Shown here: positions 8,987-19,521 of the stretch, piece by piece
How the letters are laid out: every line of letters starts with the position of its first letter
Position numbering within the stretch: the stretch's first letter is position 1
IMG/VR virus record: IMGVR_UViG_3300028840_006010
DNA: 64,000 nt
Source: a virus
Reading direction: 5' to 3' (one strand)
Made by a program: the position numbers and the translations under genes
The notes under the pieces: model-generated
The model's input: only the letters and a program-made list of their open reading frames with translations
What the model was told of the DNA's origin: nothing
The model's database searches: none

Positions 8987-9331
8987 TATAAAAGTGAATG
9001 AAAAAGATGGTGCATAAGCCTAAGAACAATCAAAACGGGTTTTCATGTTTTTTGTGCCTAAAAAACGTGTTTTTTACCTATTATTACACCATTTGGTTGT
9101 TAGGAAACTTGTGTATCATAATGTTGTAATTTGAACCTAAAAACAACTGAGGCAGAACTCGGCAAAGGAAAGAGAGCAAAATAATAACCTGAAAAGCAAG
9201 AAGAATTGGGGGCTTCGGTTGTTAGGACATTCAAATTGCAACATTTTTTCATTTTTTTTTATATATTCTTATTAATTTTATGCAAACATTTATATACTTG
9301 TAAACACATATTTATTATGGTGTAATAATAA

Positions 9332-9529
9332 ATGTCCAAAAATATAACCTGTAAGGACTGCGGTCGTACCGTTGATTTATCGACTGCAAAAAAAGAACGC
9401 TGGTATATCGCTGATAGCGGAAAAATGTGTTTTCATTGCATCAAGATTGAAACACTTGAACAAATGGATGCTGAACGTGAATTTTTAGCTGGTGAGTATA
9501 AACGTCATGCATATCGAGGTGATTGTTAA
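9332..9529 (+). CDS. zinc-ribbon protein (CKDCG...CFHC)
   Basis: Two CxxC pairs; TATA-like TTTATATA at 9289-9296. Confidence 0.55.
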   Translation: MSKNITCKDCGRTVDLSTAKKERWYIADSGKMCFHCIKIETLEQMDAEREFLAGEYKRHAYRGDC

Positions 9530-10284
9530 TGGTAGCTAAAAAATCAGGACATACATTTATTTGGAAGCATAAAGAAAACGGTAAAATTGTTTCCAATATT
9601 CAGATGAACGTTAAATTATCAAAAACTGTTGATTCAGGAAATGGTATTCAAAGTAATCTTATTTGCGATGATTGTGAAACCAAATTATCACAAAAATACA
9701 TTTGTAATGATTGTGGAAAGGAGTATACTATAAGGAGTATCACAAAACGCTTTGACCCAAACAATGAAATTGTATATGAATTTGCACAACGAAAAGCATT
9801 CATGGATACTGAAGTGGAACAAAAAATTGTTGTTGTTGACGAAATATCTGTTGATAATATAATGATGAATTTACCTTTCATTACAAGCTTTGATGAACTA
9901 TACAATAACAACGATGATGCTTCAATTTCAACAATTGTAAAAATTCACTCATGGTTATTGAAACATAAAAAAGCACTTGTTGTTTCTTTCGGTAACCGGC
10001 AAAAGGAACGAGCAGGAATCATCATACCAACAAGCGACCGTTTATTACTTGCAGAAATACGCGATTATCGAAACATACGACACCCAAAACAGGAGGGTAT
10101 TGAACCTATCGAAATCAAGGAAACAAAAACACTTGAAAAAGCATCGAAGGATAATGAACCTGAATTATACGCAAAATTCGTTAACAAAGTCAAAAAAGCA
10201 AAAGGCAAACCACTCGATATCAAAACTAAAGAACAAAAACAAGAAAATGAACTTATTGCACAAACATCATTTTTGGATGAATAA
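9523..10284 (+). CDS. hypothetical protein with internal zinc ribbon (CDDC...CNDCG) and Lys/Glu-rich C-terminus
   Basis: 253-aa ORF overlapping the previous stop. Confidence 0.55.
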   Translation: MLMVAKKSGHTFIWKHKENGKIVSNIQMNVKLSKTVDSGNGIQSNLICDDCETKLSQKYICNDCGKEYTIRSITKRFDPNNEIVYEFAQRKAFMDTEVEQKIVVVDEISVDNIMMNLPFITSFDELYNNNDDASISTIVKIHSWLLKHKKALVVSFGNRQKERAGIIIPTSDRLLLAEIRDYRNIRHPKQEGIEPIEIKETKTLEKASKDNEPELYAKFVNKVKKAKGKPLDIKTKEQKQENELIAQTSFLDE

Positions 10285-10286
10285 AC

Positions 10287-10442
10287 ATGGAACATGATAA
10301 ACTGACCTATTGTCCGCATTGTGATATGTTTACGATTTGTACTGTTTCTGGTACAGGTCGTAAATATACATGTCAAGAATGCGAATCACAATTTGAAGAA
10401 ACTGATATACCACTTTATGAAAACGACATTGAGAGGTTTTAA
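10287..10442 (+). CDS. 51-aa zinc-ribbon protein (CPHC...CQEC), below the ORF-track length cutoff
   Basis: ATG 10287 to TAA 10440-10442, read directly. Two CxxC pairs. Confidence 0.45.
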   Translation: MEHDKLTYCPHCDMFTICTVSGTGRKYTCQECESQFEETDIPLYENDIERF

Positions 10443-10443
10443 A

Positions 10444-10659
10444 ATGAATTTCAAAGAAATCATCGAGAATATAAAAACTATCTGTCAAGAGGAATTAGCA
10501 TCCGATAGTGGATGGTCACACATTGAAGATACTTATATTGCTGACGGAGCAGACGCAACGTTGAAGAAATACATTATCGAAATCATCATGAATTTACCAC
10601 ATCTTTCTGATTTAACAAAAATAAATATTGTACGACACTTGGAGGAATCAAATGAATAA
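10444..10659 (+). CDS. small hypothetical protein (start at MNFKEIIENIK rather than the ORF-track 10321)
   Basis: In-frame ATG immediately after the preceding ORF's stop. Confidence 0.4.
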   Translation: MNFKEIIENIKTICQEELASDSGWSHIEDTYIADGADATLKKYIIEIIMNLPHLSDLTKINIVRHLEESNE

Positions 10660-11020
10660 AACACAACGAGTACCAACTTGTCCGCGATGTGGTTCTATAC
10701 TTCATCAATATTGTGACGACCCTCCGTTGTTTCAATGTATGAGCGAAGGTTGTTGGGATGTTACACCATCAGGGAAAGTACAAGCAAAAAACGTTGTATG
10801 GAAAGACATAACAGCTCCTAAAAAAATCGACACACCTAATCCTGAACTACCATTCCTTGAACCTGTATTTACAATTGAAGAAACAAATCTTATCATTAAT
10901 GCTTTGCAAAATTACAAGGAACATACAATTATTTCTCCATACAAACACAAACAAATTACTGAAATTATCAATGAATTAAAACGAGAAAAAATAAAAAAAG
11001 ATGTAAAGGAGGAAACATAA
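10628..11020 (+). CDS. zinc-ribbon protein (CPRCG...C..C)
   Basis: 130-aa ORF. Confidence 0.5.
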   Translation: MYDTWRNQMNKTQRVPTCPRCGSILHQYCDDPPLFQCMSEGCWDVTPSGKVQAKNVVWKDITAPKKIDTPNPELPFLEPVFTIEETNLIINALQNYKEHTIISPYKHKQITEIINELKREKIKKDVKEET

Positions 11021-11445
11021 TGGTAGATACCGTCAAATCAGGAAAAGAAAAGATGCGTCAATATTTTCGTGAACAACGCGAAAAACAAGAACAGCATCAA
11101 TCAAATCCTGTCCAACAACCTGCAACACAAAACCCATTTCAACCACGCCCAATAACAATACCACAACAACCAGCACCACAACCAATCATTGTTCAACAAC
11201 CAGCCCAACAACCAATATATACACAACCCGCTCAACAACCTGTTATTCAACAACCTGTAACACAAAATAGACCACGCGCTGAATTTGGTTTTTGGCGGGC
11301 ATTATCTGCATTTACCGTGATGATTATTATGCTCGTAACAGTCATGTGGTATATGCAAGGTGGACTCGATTATGCTGTTGCCAATTGGTCATCTGTTTTT
11401 GATTACATTAAATCTGTCATTCAAAGTCTTGTATCATCTGTATAG
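11020..11445 (+). CDS. Gln/Pro-repeat membrane protein (QQPAxQPI repeats, C-terminal TM helix)
   Basis: Low-complexity PQ repeats; one C-terminal hydrophobic helix. Confidence 0.5.
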   Translation: MVDTVKSGKEKMRQYFREQREKQEQHQSNPVQQPATQNPFQPRPITIPQQPAPQPIIVQQPAQQPIYTQPAQQPVIQQPVTQNRPRAEFGFWRALSAFTVMIIMLVTVMWYMQGGLDYAVANWSSVFDYIKSVIQSLVSSV

Positions 11446-11453
11446 GTGAAATC

Positions 11454-12233
11454 ATGAGAACAACCGTGATGAAACCTAAAGCAATCGAAACTATCCCAAA
11501 AGGAAATCATATTTACGAGCTGAAATATGACGGCGGAAGTTGTGTCATTGAAGTGAAAAATAACAAAATTGGTATATGGCACAATAACAACGGTACCAAT
11601 CAGATATATAAATATCCTGAACTGGTCGAAGATTTGAAAAATTCCGTCAAGGACGGCACTTACATTGCGGAACTATGCGTTATTACACCACGCTTCAAAG
11701 GGGGAGACTTCTCCCTCTATCTGAAGCGTCAATGTGAGAACCGAATGAAAATCGAGCAACGTTCAAAAAAATATCCTATCACTGCTGTCATTTATGATAT
11801 TGTAAAAAACGATGATGAAGATGTTTCTGATGAAAAATTAATTGAACGTAAAAAAATATTATCAAAAAATATCAATGAAACGGAACACATCAAAATTATT
11901 GAATATCACAAATCACCAAAAAAATTCCTTGATATGAAGGATAAAATTGAAGGTTTCGTTATTAAGAATATTGATTCTATATATAGATTCAATACTCGTA
12001 TTGGTTGGTACAAATATCGATTTAACACCGAAAGTGTTGTCAAATGCATTACCTACGAAGACCATCCTAAAGGAATTGTATTGATTAGTGATACGGAAAG
12101 ACGATTCAATTTACCAGGTCCACGTTCACGTATTGCTCGTTCGGTTATTAATCAAAAAGGATTTATTGAAGCAGAAATATCAGCATACAAAAAACGAAAA
12201 GCTGTCGTTAAACGACTAATATATGAGGATTAA
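11454..12233 (+). CDS. minimal covalent nucleotidyltransferase, ATP-dependent DNA/RNA ligase-like (259 aa)
   Basis: Motif I ELKYDGG (KxDG), motif III-like AELCV, motif IV EGFVIK, Lys-rich motif V region WYKYRF. Confidence 0.5.
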   Translation: MRTTVMKPKAIETIPKGNHIYELKYDGGSCVIEVKNNKIGIWHNNNGTNQIYKYPELVEDLKNSVKDGTYIAELCVITPRFKGGDFSLYLKRQCENRMKIEQRSKKYPITAVIYDIVKNDDEDVSDEKLIERKKILSKNINETEHIKIIEYHKSPKKFLDMKDKIEGFVIKNIDSIYRFNTRIGWYKYRFNTESVVKCITYEDHPKGIVLISDTERRFNLPGPRSRIARSVINQKGFIEAEISAYKKRKAVVKRLIYED

Positions 12234-12235
12234 AA

Positions 12236-12904
12236 ATGAACATTGATGATATTATTTTAAAAGCAAAAGAAATAATGAAAGATGAAGGTGAACATAAACC
12301 TTTGGTTGTTTCTACTATTAATAATAAACTGGCACTATTTCCATTAACTTTTGAAGATGACGATGAAAAGGAAGAGATGCGTGTCGCTCTTCGTGATTTT
12401 ATCCATGAACATAAACTCAAAAAATATTGGACAGTAATGGAAGGTTGGTATAGTAGTAATATTCACATATCATCCCCAAAACGTGATGTAAATCGAAAGG
12501 AAGCATTGATAATAGGAGAGTTTTCTGAAGATAATCCAAAAGGAGTAAGTGTTATGATTCCTTTCACAAAAAAGGAAGGAAAAATTATATTCGGAAAGGA
12601 AGAAAGAACTAATGACTTCACTTCAAAATGGAACTTCTTTATGGAAGAAATTCCTAAAGATGAATTGGATTATATACATGAAAAAAAGCGCCGTGAGGAT
12701 ATAGTCAAACGAATCGAAAAAGCAAATATAACTAAGGAATATGAAAAAATAATCACTAAATTTAAAAAGGACCATCCTGAAGAAAAAACACCAACCTACG
12801 AAGAATTTAAAAAAGTACTTATAACAATGGCAGAAAAAGGAATTATAGGTTTTAATAACGGTAGAATACCTGATGTATTTAAATCAAAGGAGGACGATGA
12901 ATGA
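12236..12904 (+). CDS. hypothetical protein
   Basis: 222-aa ORF. Confidence 0.55.
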   Translation: MNIDDIILKAKEIMKDEGEHKPLVVSTINNKLALFPLTFEDDDEKEEMRVALRDFIHEHKLKKYWTVMEGWYSSNIHISSPKRDVNRKEALIIGEFSEDNPKGVSVMIPFTKKEGKIIFGKEERTNDFTSKWNFFMEEIPKDELDYIHEKKRREDIVKRIEKANITKEYEKIITKFKKDHPEEKTPTYEEFKKVLITMAEKGIIGFNNGRIPDVFKSKEDDE

Positions 12905-13089
12905 AAAAAACAATAAAACTACTTGCAATTGAAATGATTGCTATCGGTGGGTTGTTATTATTTGGATACCCAACCTATGCGTTTATCAATTATTATCCAT
13001 ACAACATACTCGGTATGGCATCATTTCTTGGTGTCGCATTTGTTGTAGCAATGGTTTTTATCAAGAACGCTTTTATAAAAGGAGCGTAA
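12901..13089 (+). CDS. small membrane protein
   Basis: 62 aa, two TM helices, ATGA overlap. Confidence 0.45.
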   Translation: MKKTIKLLAIEMIAIGGLLLFGYPTYAFINYYPYNILGMASFLGVAFVVAMVFIKNAFIKGA

Positions 13090-14070
13090 ATGAAAAACTA
13101 TACCAAGTTTGCATCGAATTTCATTTCGTATGCAGAACTTTTTCAATTAGGTGTTACAGAGGATACAGGCGATACTGGTCCTATGTTTATTGAAAACATC
13201 AAACAAAGTCTATTTAATTGTCATATATTTGAAACTACTAACGACATCAAACGATTATTAGCACTTACGAATTGTCCGAATAAAAATGATTTATTTCATT
13301 TACCATTTCCGGTTATGTTTCTTGATGTTTCATTCAAACGTGACGAAATGAAAAAACTTGGTATCAATATTGGGTATAAAGAAATAATTGGGATTATTGT
13401 TGCAGAAACATATCTATTTACTGACGAGTACGCTCAACACATGCAATATAAAATAAAATCTGGTATGTTTGATGAATCGATACTTGATAAATATGATAAA
13501 AACGGTGAACACAAGGTTGGTACAGGATTAAGAATTACCATATGCAGTATTCATGATATTGAGGACCATGGAAGGATATGGTTCGATACGTTTAATGTCA
13601 ACGTAAACATTGATGATGAATATAAAGATTTTAATCTTAATTTACGAAGGAATAAAGGAACAGACCCACATGCTCGTAAGTTTATACATTTATTTACGTT
13701 GAATTTTTTGAATTTCTTGAATGATAAACGAGTAAAGCTGGTAAATGTAAATCCAGACGAAAAACGTAATAGAAAACGTGTAGAAAAGGGAAAGTTCCCA
13801 ATCCCGAAAAGAAACGTAATCAAATTGTCAGGAGATTTGAAGATTTATACTGAACAATTGAAAAAAGATAAAAAGACATGGGAATACTCTCACTCATGGT
13901 GGGTGCGAGGTCATTATCGTGTATTACGTGATAAAGAATTTTGGGGTGAGAAAGCAGGAACACGTATTTTTATTCCACCTTACATTAAAGGACAAGGTGT
14001 ATTAATCAAAAAAACATATGAAGTTGACAAAACAACATCAATTGATAGTACATCAACTGATGATAAATAA
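13090..14070 (+). CDS. hypothetical protein (326 aa)
   Basis: Long ORF with no recognised motifs. Confidence 0.6.
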   Translation: MKNYTKFASNFISYAELFQLGVTEDTGDTGPMFIENIKQSLFNCHIFETTNDIKRLLALTNCPNKNDLFHLPFPVMFLDVSFKRDEMKKLGINIGYKEIIGIIVAETYLFTDEYAQHMQYKIKSGMFDESILDKYDKNGEHKVGTGLRITICSIHDIEDHGRIWFDTFNVNVNIDDEYKDFNLNLRRNKGTDPHARKFIHLFTLNFLNFLNDKRVKLVNVNPDEKRNRKRVEKGKFPIPKRNVIKLSGDLKIYTEQLKKDKKTWEYSHSWWVRGHYRVLRDKEFWGEKAGTRIFIPPYIKGQGVLIKKTYEVDKTTSIDSTSTDDK

Positions 14071-14111
14071 TCATACAAATATAAATAAACTACCATGACA
14101 TTTATGATACA

Positions 14112-14504
14112 ATGAAAATAGGGATAGTTGGAAATCGAGAAGGCTGGATTTACTGGCAAGTACAAGATACACTTAAAGAACTCGGTTTATATAAATCAGA
14201 TGTTATCGTTTCAGGAGGGGCTAAAGGAATTGATATAATGGCTCAATGGATAGCGAAAGAAATAGGTGCTCAACTTATCATTTTTTATCCTGACCCAAAA
14301 AAACCTTCACCACAACGATATTTTGATAGAAACAAACGTATTGTTTTGGAATCAGATATTGTTGTTGCTTTTGATAGAAAAGAACATTCAGGAACGTTAA
14401 ACACAATCAATTATGCTAAAGAAATCAAAAAGCCTTTGATTATAGTAAGAGGATTAAATCAACATCCTGAATATCATAATTATGAAGGTTTGCTAAATGA
14501 GTAA
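14112..14504 (+). CDS. SLOG/DprA-LOG-like Rossmann-fold protein
   Basis: Motif VSGGAKGIDIMAQWIA (SGGAxGxD), as in DprA/Smf and YpsA-type proteins. Confidence 0.4.
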   Translation: MKIGIVGNREGWIYWQVQDTLKELGLYKSDVIVSGGAKGIDIMAQWIAKEIGAQLIIFYPDPKKPSPQRYFDRNKRIVLESDIVVAFDRKEHSGTLNTINYAKEIKKPLIIVRGLNQHPEYHNYEGLLNE

Positions 14505-14784
14505 ACATGAATTTGATAATTTGAAAGAAATTGACAAACAAATTAGTAAATATTATAAGTTACCAATGTTAGCTATAACGATACAAATAATCATTACCTT
14601 TACGTTTTTGGCACTTCAATTTGCAGATATATTTGAACCAATCATCACAGTATATATTATCTTTGCTATGTTATTCTTAGTATTATCAACTAATTATTAC
14701 TGTTATAAAAAACGAAAAATTTTACTTGAAAGAAGGTTTGAAATATGCAAGCATTTAAATGCGATTTATGTAAAAAATATATAG
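14497..14784 (+). CDS. small membrane protein
   Basis: 95 aa, two TM helices. Confidence 0.4.
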   Translation: MSKHEFDNLKEIDKQISKYYKLPMLAITIQIIITFTFLALQFADIFEPIITVYIIFAMLFLVLSTNYYCYKKRKILLERRFEICKHLNAIYVKNI

Positions 14785-14918
14785 ATGGAACACATCCATA
14801 CCAAATTTATATTGAAAATAGGCTTGTTGACCCACGAGATGGAGAAACAAGATATTCTATGTGGCTGTGTGAAGAATGTGGTAGTAAATTATGGAACGAA
14901 GCAAAAAACAAATCATAA
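14745..14918 (+). CDS. 57-aa zinc-ribbon protein (CDLC...CEECG), below the ORF-track cutoff
   Basis: ATG 14745 to TAA 14916-14918, read directly. Confidence 0.4.
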   Translation: MQAFKCDLCKKYIDGTHPYQIYIENRLVDPRDGETRYSMWLCEECGSKLWNEAKNKS

Positions 14919-15074
14919 AAAGAATGTTTATGGCATGTTTCTTATCATCTATCGTTGCCATTTTCATTATATACATATGTTCTACACATAATATTAATGC
15001 CAGCATCACGCTTGTTACTTGTTTGTTTACAGGACTTATTATAGGATATTTAACAGCAGAATTTTATTATAGGT

Positions 15075-15395
15075 TTGACAAAAAGAAGGAAAAAAATGAA
15101 AACAAATTGTTTTGATTGTGCTATGTTTGCTGATGCTTTACATACTTATTACAATTCCCTTACTGATGTAACCAAAGATACTCCAATCGAATATCTTGAT
15201 AAAATGAAACAACATTTCGACAATCTATGTTGGCGACAACTTCATTTTGTTGCTTGTAAATTAGCTTTAAGGAAATATCATCCTACTATAGCTCCTCTAC
15301 TTGACAACCCGCCAATTTACGCAGAAAATTTAACTTTAGAACAATTACAAGACATCATAAACAATATTAAAGAAAAATTAGGTGCGGAAAAGTGA
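15075..15395 (+). CDS. hypothetical protein
   Basis: 106-aa ORF. Confidence 0.45.
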   Translation: MTKRRKKMKTNCFDCAMFADALHTYYNSLTDVTKDTPIEYLDKMKQHFDNLCWRQLHFVACKLALRKYHPTIAPLLDNPPIYAENLTLEQLQDIINNIKEKLGAEK

Positions 15396-15655
15396 CAGAT
15401 AAAATAAAAAAAGCAATTGAAGAAAAGTATGGAAAAGTTAAAGGAACAAAAGAGGTGGTTATTGATAACAATTTTTTAGTTATCAGTGTAATGACCGAGC
15501 ATTTCATACATCCAGATAAAGAAACAATAGATAACATCAAAACCATAAAACTCAAAGAATTAATCAAACAATTACAAAAATTAGAAAAAGAACATGGAAA
15601 TGTTGATATTTTTAGTAACTGGTACTCAGTTAGGTATTTTGTCAGCAATAGATGA
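15392..15655 (+). CDS. hypothetical protein
   Basis: 87 aa, 4-nt overlap. Confidence 0.45.
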   Translation: MTDKIKKAIEEKYGKVKGTKEVVIDNNFLVISVMTEHFIHPDKETIDNIKTIKLKELIKQLQKLEKEHGNVDIFSNWYSVRYFVSNR

Positions 15656-16004
15656 TAAATGTGTACGAAACAAAACTATTCAAAACATAATTGATAAACA
15701 ATATATTCGAGCATCATCTACAAGCATCATGGATGATATAAAAGAACTAACTCAACCAAAACACACAAAACCGTTGAAGCATCAAAAAATAGAATTTATA
15801 TCAACGACTTATCCAGAAATTGATATTAATAATTTCTGTACATGTCGTGAACCTACGAAAAGGGAAATCTGTGTTGCTCTAAAAATTATTGCAACTATTC
15901 CAAAAGATGAATTCGGTGATTTCGCACAGATGCTCGTTAATGCTGAAAAATTCGAAGGCACAGACATTCCAATAAAAATAACATTAGAATCCTTGAGGGA
16001 GTAA
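15594..16004 (+). CDS. hypothetical protein
   Basis: 136-aa ORF. Confidence 0.45.
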   Translation: MEMLIFLVTGTQLGILSAIDDKCVRNKTIQNIIDKQYIRASSTSIMDDIKELTQPKHTKPLKHQKIEFISTTYPEIDINNFCTCREPTKREICVALKIIATIPKDEFGDFAQMLVNAEKFEGTDIPIKITLESLRE

Positions 16005-16005
16005 A

Positions 16006-16209
16006 ATGATACAATCAAAAACTTTTGTTTCAGGAGAAATAGTTACCGTTACACAGGTAGAAAAGATACAAGCAAGAAGAGTGATTAACAATAAAGACAC
16101 AGATACGTTTTTTCGTGAAATAAAAATCACGGACAGTCAATCAAACCACATCACTTTGCAAATATATGCTGATGATAAAGAAAAAATAAAAATCATTAAA
16201 GAGAAGTAG
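16006..16209 (+). CDS. hypothetical protein
   Basis: 67-aa ORF. Confidence 0.4.
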   Translation: MIQSKTFVSGEIVTVTQVEKIQARRVINNKDTDTFFREIKITDSQSNHITLQIYADDKEKIKIIKEK

Positions 16210-16212
16210 AAA

Positions 16213-16479
16213 ATGGAAATAAGTACTGAAATCAAAACAGACAGTTATGGTTCTGAATTTATCTCTACCACAAAAGAATTACTTAATCACCCATTCTTTG
16301 AAGACAGAGATAATAGTCATCATTATCCAAATTGTGAAATTTGCAATAAGTATCCAGATAAAAATAAAACTGATGAAAAATGGTTTGTAGGATATAATTG
16401 GGGAGAATGGTTTTCAATTTTCATTTGTGAAGATTGCATTAAAAGAATTAACGAAGGATTAAAGAATGCAAGTAAATGA
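16213..16479 (+). CDS. zinc-ribbon protein (CEIC...CEDC)
   Basis: 88-aa ORF. Confidence 0.5.
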   Translation: MEISTEIKTDSYGSEFISTTKELLNHPFFEDRDNSHHYPNCEICNKYPDKNKTDEKWFVGYNWGEWFSIFICEDCIKRINEGLKNASK

Positions 16480-16672
16480 TATTGTATTGATTTGGTGTTA
16501 TCGTGGATTTCGTCCTGCTTATGTTAAAACAATCGGAAAAAGAAAAGCACTTATCACATGGGCTGATGGTGAACAAGAATGGATAAACACATCACGAATC
16601 AAGGAGCCCAAAAACTTTAAAGACCGAATGTGGATGGAAAAGGCACTAAAAACAGAAAAGAATTTGAGGTAA
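16466..16672 (+). CDS. hypothetical protein
   Basis: 68-aa ORF. Confidence 0.4.
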   Translation: MQVNDIVLIWCYRGFRPAYVKTIGKRKALITWADGEQEWINTSRIKEPKNFKDRMWMEKALKTEKNLR

Positions 16673-16770
16673 TAATGTATGGGATACGAATCCGGATTAC
16701 AAGATTATATAGATACGTATATCATGGAAACAGGACGACATCCGTTTGATGATTTAGATGAGGATGATTA

Positions 16771-17166
16771 ATGTTAATCGGTAATGAAGAGTTATTAAAA
16801 TCAACTATTAAAACAAACAAGAAAGATATTCAACGATTACACGGTATCAAAGGACATATGGATTATCTCAACCCACCAAAGAAACATACGATTGGTGATG
16901 CAATTCATATGCTAGTTGAAAACTATTACAATTCATATTTTACTGATGCTGAAAAGAAAAAAATGGTCGAAGAGGCTGTTTCGGAATTTTCAATCAATCA
17001 AAAATTCGTTGATATGTTACATTGGTTAATCGATGAACTAGATATCCTATACAAGGAAAAACAAGAAAAATATGTCAAAGAATTATTAGAAACAATGGAT
17101 AATCCACCGAAGATGCCACCAAAATCAACGAGGAAAGTGAAAATAAATTTAAGTGATAAAAAATGA
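16771..17166 (+). CDS. hypothetical protein
   Basis: 131-aa ORF. Confidence 0.5.
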   Translation: MLIGNEELLKSTIKTNKKDIQRLHGIKGHMDYLNPPKKHTIGDAIHMLVENYYNSYFTDAEKKKMVEEAVSEFSINQKFVDMLHWLIDELDILYKEKQEKYVKELLETMDNPPKMPPKSTRKVKINLSDKK

Positions 17167-17642
17167 AAGAATTAGATAGAATGAAGAAAGCCCTTGATTT
17201 TTTTATTGAAAGAGCTGACGAAGGTGGATGTGTTAGTAACAGCGGAAGATGCGGTGTATCATCAAATGCTATGTGTCGATTTATGATTGGTTACGACAAC
17301 AAACCTCGTAGCCATCCTTATGATAATGCTGATTGGGATAGATGTAAGCGTACCATTAAAAGGATACCTCACGTGGAATGGTTGGAACGATTATATGAAT
17401 TACCTAACTTTGATGGTTGGAGTGATTATCGTGAACAAATTTTAGAAGCTGTTACTGAACGACTCTTTGAACTAAAAGATGATGCGAAATTATCATTACA
17501 AACAACAGCGTTTTTATCGATTATCATACGCGAAATAAAAGATATCATTCAAAGCGATACAAAAACTGTAAAACGAAAACTAATAGAAATAGATGAATTA
17601 CTCGATGCCTGGGTAAAATCAAACAAACTGAATATCGGATAA
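17163..17642 (+). CDS. hypothetical Cys-rich protein
   Basis: 159 aa, ATGA overlap. Confidence 0.5.
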   Translation: MKELDRMKKALDFFIERADEGGCVSNSGRCGVSSNAMCRFMIGYDNKPRSHPYDNADWDRCKRTIKRIPHVEWLERLYELPNFDGWSDYREQILEAVTERLFELKDDAKLSLQTTAFLSIIIREIKDIIQSDTKTVKRKLIEIDELLDAWVKSNKLNIG

Positions 17643-18027
17643 ATTACCTTTGAGGGAGTAGGATGGAATCAAAAGATGTTATATCAAAATATAGTCGACA
17701 TGTTGAAATGAGAATAAAAGAGATTCAAGAAAGAAAGAAAAACAACCGACACAAAGGGTTAGTTTAATAAACCATTTTAAAAAATATCAAAACATATTTA
17801 ACAATCCTTCTTATACAATAATGTATGGTGGAAATTCAATTTAAACTAAAGAGGAAGAGCAATGTTATTGAAGCTGATGGGACTAAAACGAAACTCGAAT
17901 ATATACCATTAGGTGATTATTCAAAAGATGTAAAATTAATTGTGAACAATAAGGATGTCGCTGACATTTTACATCTACCGACTACACGACCTGAAGATAC
18001 CGTTATTGTTTTTATAGACGAAAAGAA

Positions 18028-18282
18028 ATGAAGATAAAAACTCGTGGAGAATGGATTTGTGTTGTTATAGCTTTAATCATTGTAATAATGGCATGTCTTT
18101 GGTGTATTGATATATCCGTATCAGCTATGTTGGCGGGAGGTGTGTTATCAAATGGTTTCTTGCTTAATAACCCTGCTCAAATGTATCATATAGGAATATA
18201 TGGTATAATATTATCAACGATGCTGTTGTCATTCATTTGTATACACATCATTGTCGATGTGCTTGATAAGAAAAAAGAATGA
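18028..18282 (+). CDS. small membrane protein
   Basis: Three hydrophobic helices. Confidence 0.4.
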   Translation: MKIKTRGEWICVVIALIIVIMACLWCIDISVSAMLAGGVLSNGFLLNNPAQMYHIGIYGIILSTMLLSFICIHIIVDVLDKKKE

Positions 18283-18548
18283 GGCGAGGAAAATGGTAAA
18301 GGATTTGAATAATTATTTCAAAATGGAATCCGAAATGTCGCATGTTTATAATGAGGCAATAAAAAAGGCAATTACAAAATGTGACGAAAAAGGGTATACA
18401 ACTCATCCTTGGGATGATTTTTCTTTACAGTTTCTTGAAGGAAGAATGCATCAAGAAATTGAAGAATATTATGAAAGCAAACAAAAAGAAGAATTACTTG
18501 ATATTATCAATTTAGCAATCTTTTGTTATTTGAAACAGGAGAAAAAAT

Positions 18549-18797
18549 ATGGTGAGTAAAGGTGATAGGTTCTTAGTTCGTGATGAACATTCATTCTATG
18601 GGGCTAATTATTATGATGAGTATCTTCTGGCATATGTTGATAGTAATAACAGTTTAATGAATCTTATCAAATTATATGATGGTACTCCTTGGAGCAAACC
18701 AGTAAAAGTAGAAGCACCATATAACATCACCGAAGATGAATGGAAACAGCTTACCGATGATTGTGTAGATAAATTTATAGCAATTAGGAGGAAATAA
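18549..18797 (+). CDS. hypothetical protein
   Basis: 82-aa ORF. Confidence 0.4.
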   Translation: MVSKGDRFLVRDEHSFYGANYYDEYLLAYVDSNNSLMNLIKLYDGTPWSKPVKVEAPYNITEDEWKQLTDDCVDKFIAIRRK

Positions 18798-19339
18798 TGA
18801 ACTATATAGTATCAGGACTTGAAAGGTCAGGCACATCACTTTTAATGCAACTGCTTGAAGCAGGTGGCGCTCCTGTAGCATATGATGCTTCCCGAAAAGC
18901 GAATGAACACAACCCGAAAGGTTTCTATGAACTTGAAGGCGGAAAAATCATTAACAAGCTTATGGATAAAACATTTGATATTAAAAAATATGAAGGAAAG
19001 TTTATCAAAATTACTGCGTATGGTTTGCGTTTCCTTCCTGATGGTGATTACAAAATACTTTTTTCAGAACGAGCATTAAGTGAGATATTAGATTCAATGG
19101 AAAAGATGTCAACACAAAAGTTTGAACGACATGAAACATCTTTACTGCTAAAAAAATTATTAGGTGATGCTTTAACAAAAATAATGAAAAAAGGATGGCA
19201 AGTCCAATTTATTGATTATAATATGCTGATGATGAATCCTGATTATGAATTAAAGAAAATAAAACATTTCATTCCTGACTTTAATATTGAAGAAGCAAAG
19301 AAAGTAATTGATAAAAAACTATATAGAAATAGATGTTGA
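18797..19339 (+). CDS. sulfotransferase-like P-loop protein
   Basis: N-terminal IVSGLERSGTSLLMQLL resembles the sulfotransferase 5'-PSB PAPS-binding loop (PKSGTTW-like). Confidence 0.35.
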   Translation: MNYIVSGLERSGTSLLMQLLEAGGAPVAYDASRKANEHNPKGFYELEGGKIINKLMDKTFDIKKYEGKFIKITAYGLRFLPDGDYKILFSERALSEILDSMEKMSTQKFERHETSLLLKKLLGDALTKIMKKGWQVQFIDYNMLMMNPDYELKKIKHFIPDFNIEEAKKVIDKKLYRNRC

Positions 19340-19521
19340 ACATGACAACACCTAAAAATAAAATACATTTTAGCGACAAAAGAGGAACGCATATTTGTGG
19401 TTGTCGAAGTAAGTATAATAAACCGAAACAAGTAACCGATAATTGGGATGAAGTAACTTGTACCCATTGTCTTAAACTAAGAGAAAAATTTAAAAATAGG
19501 TGGTGAGGAAACATAAAAACA

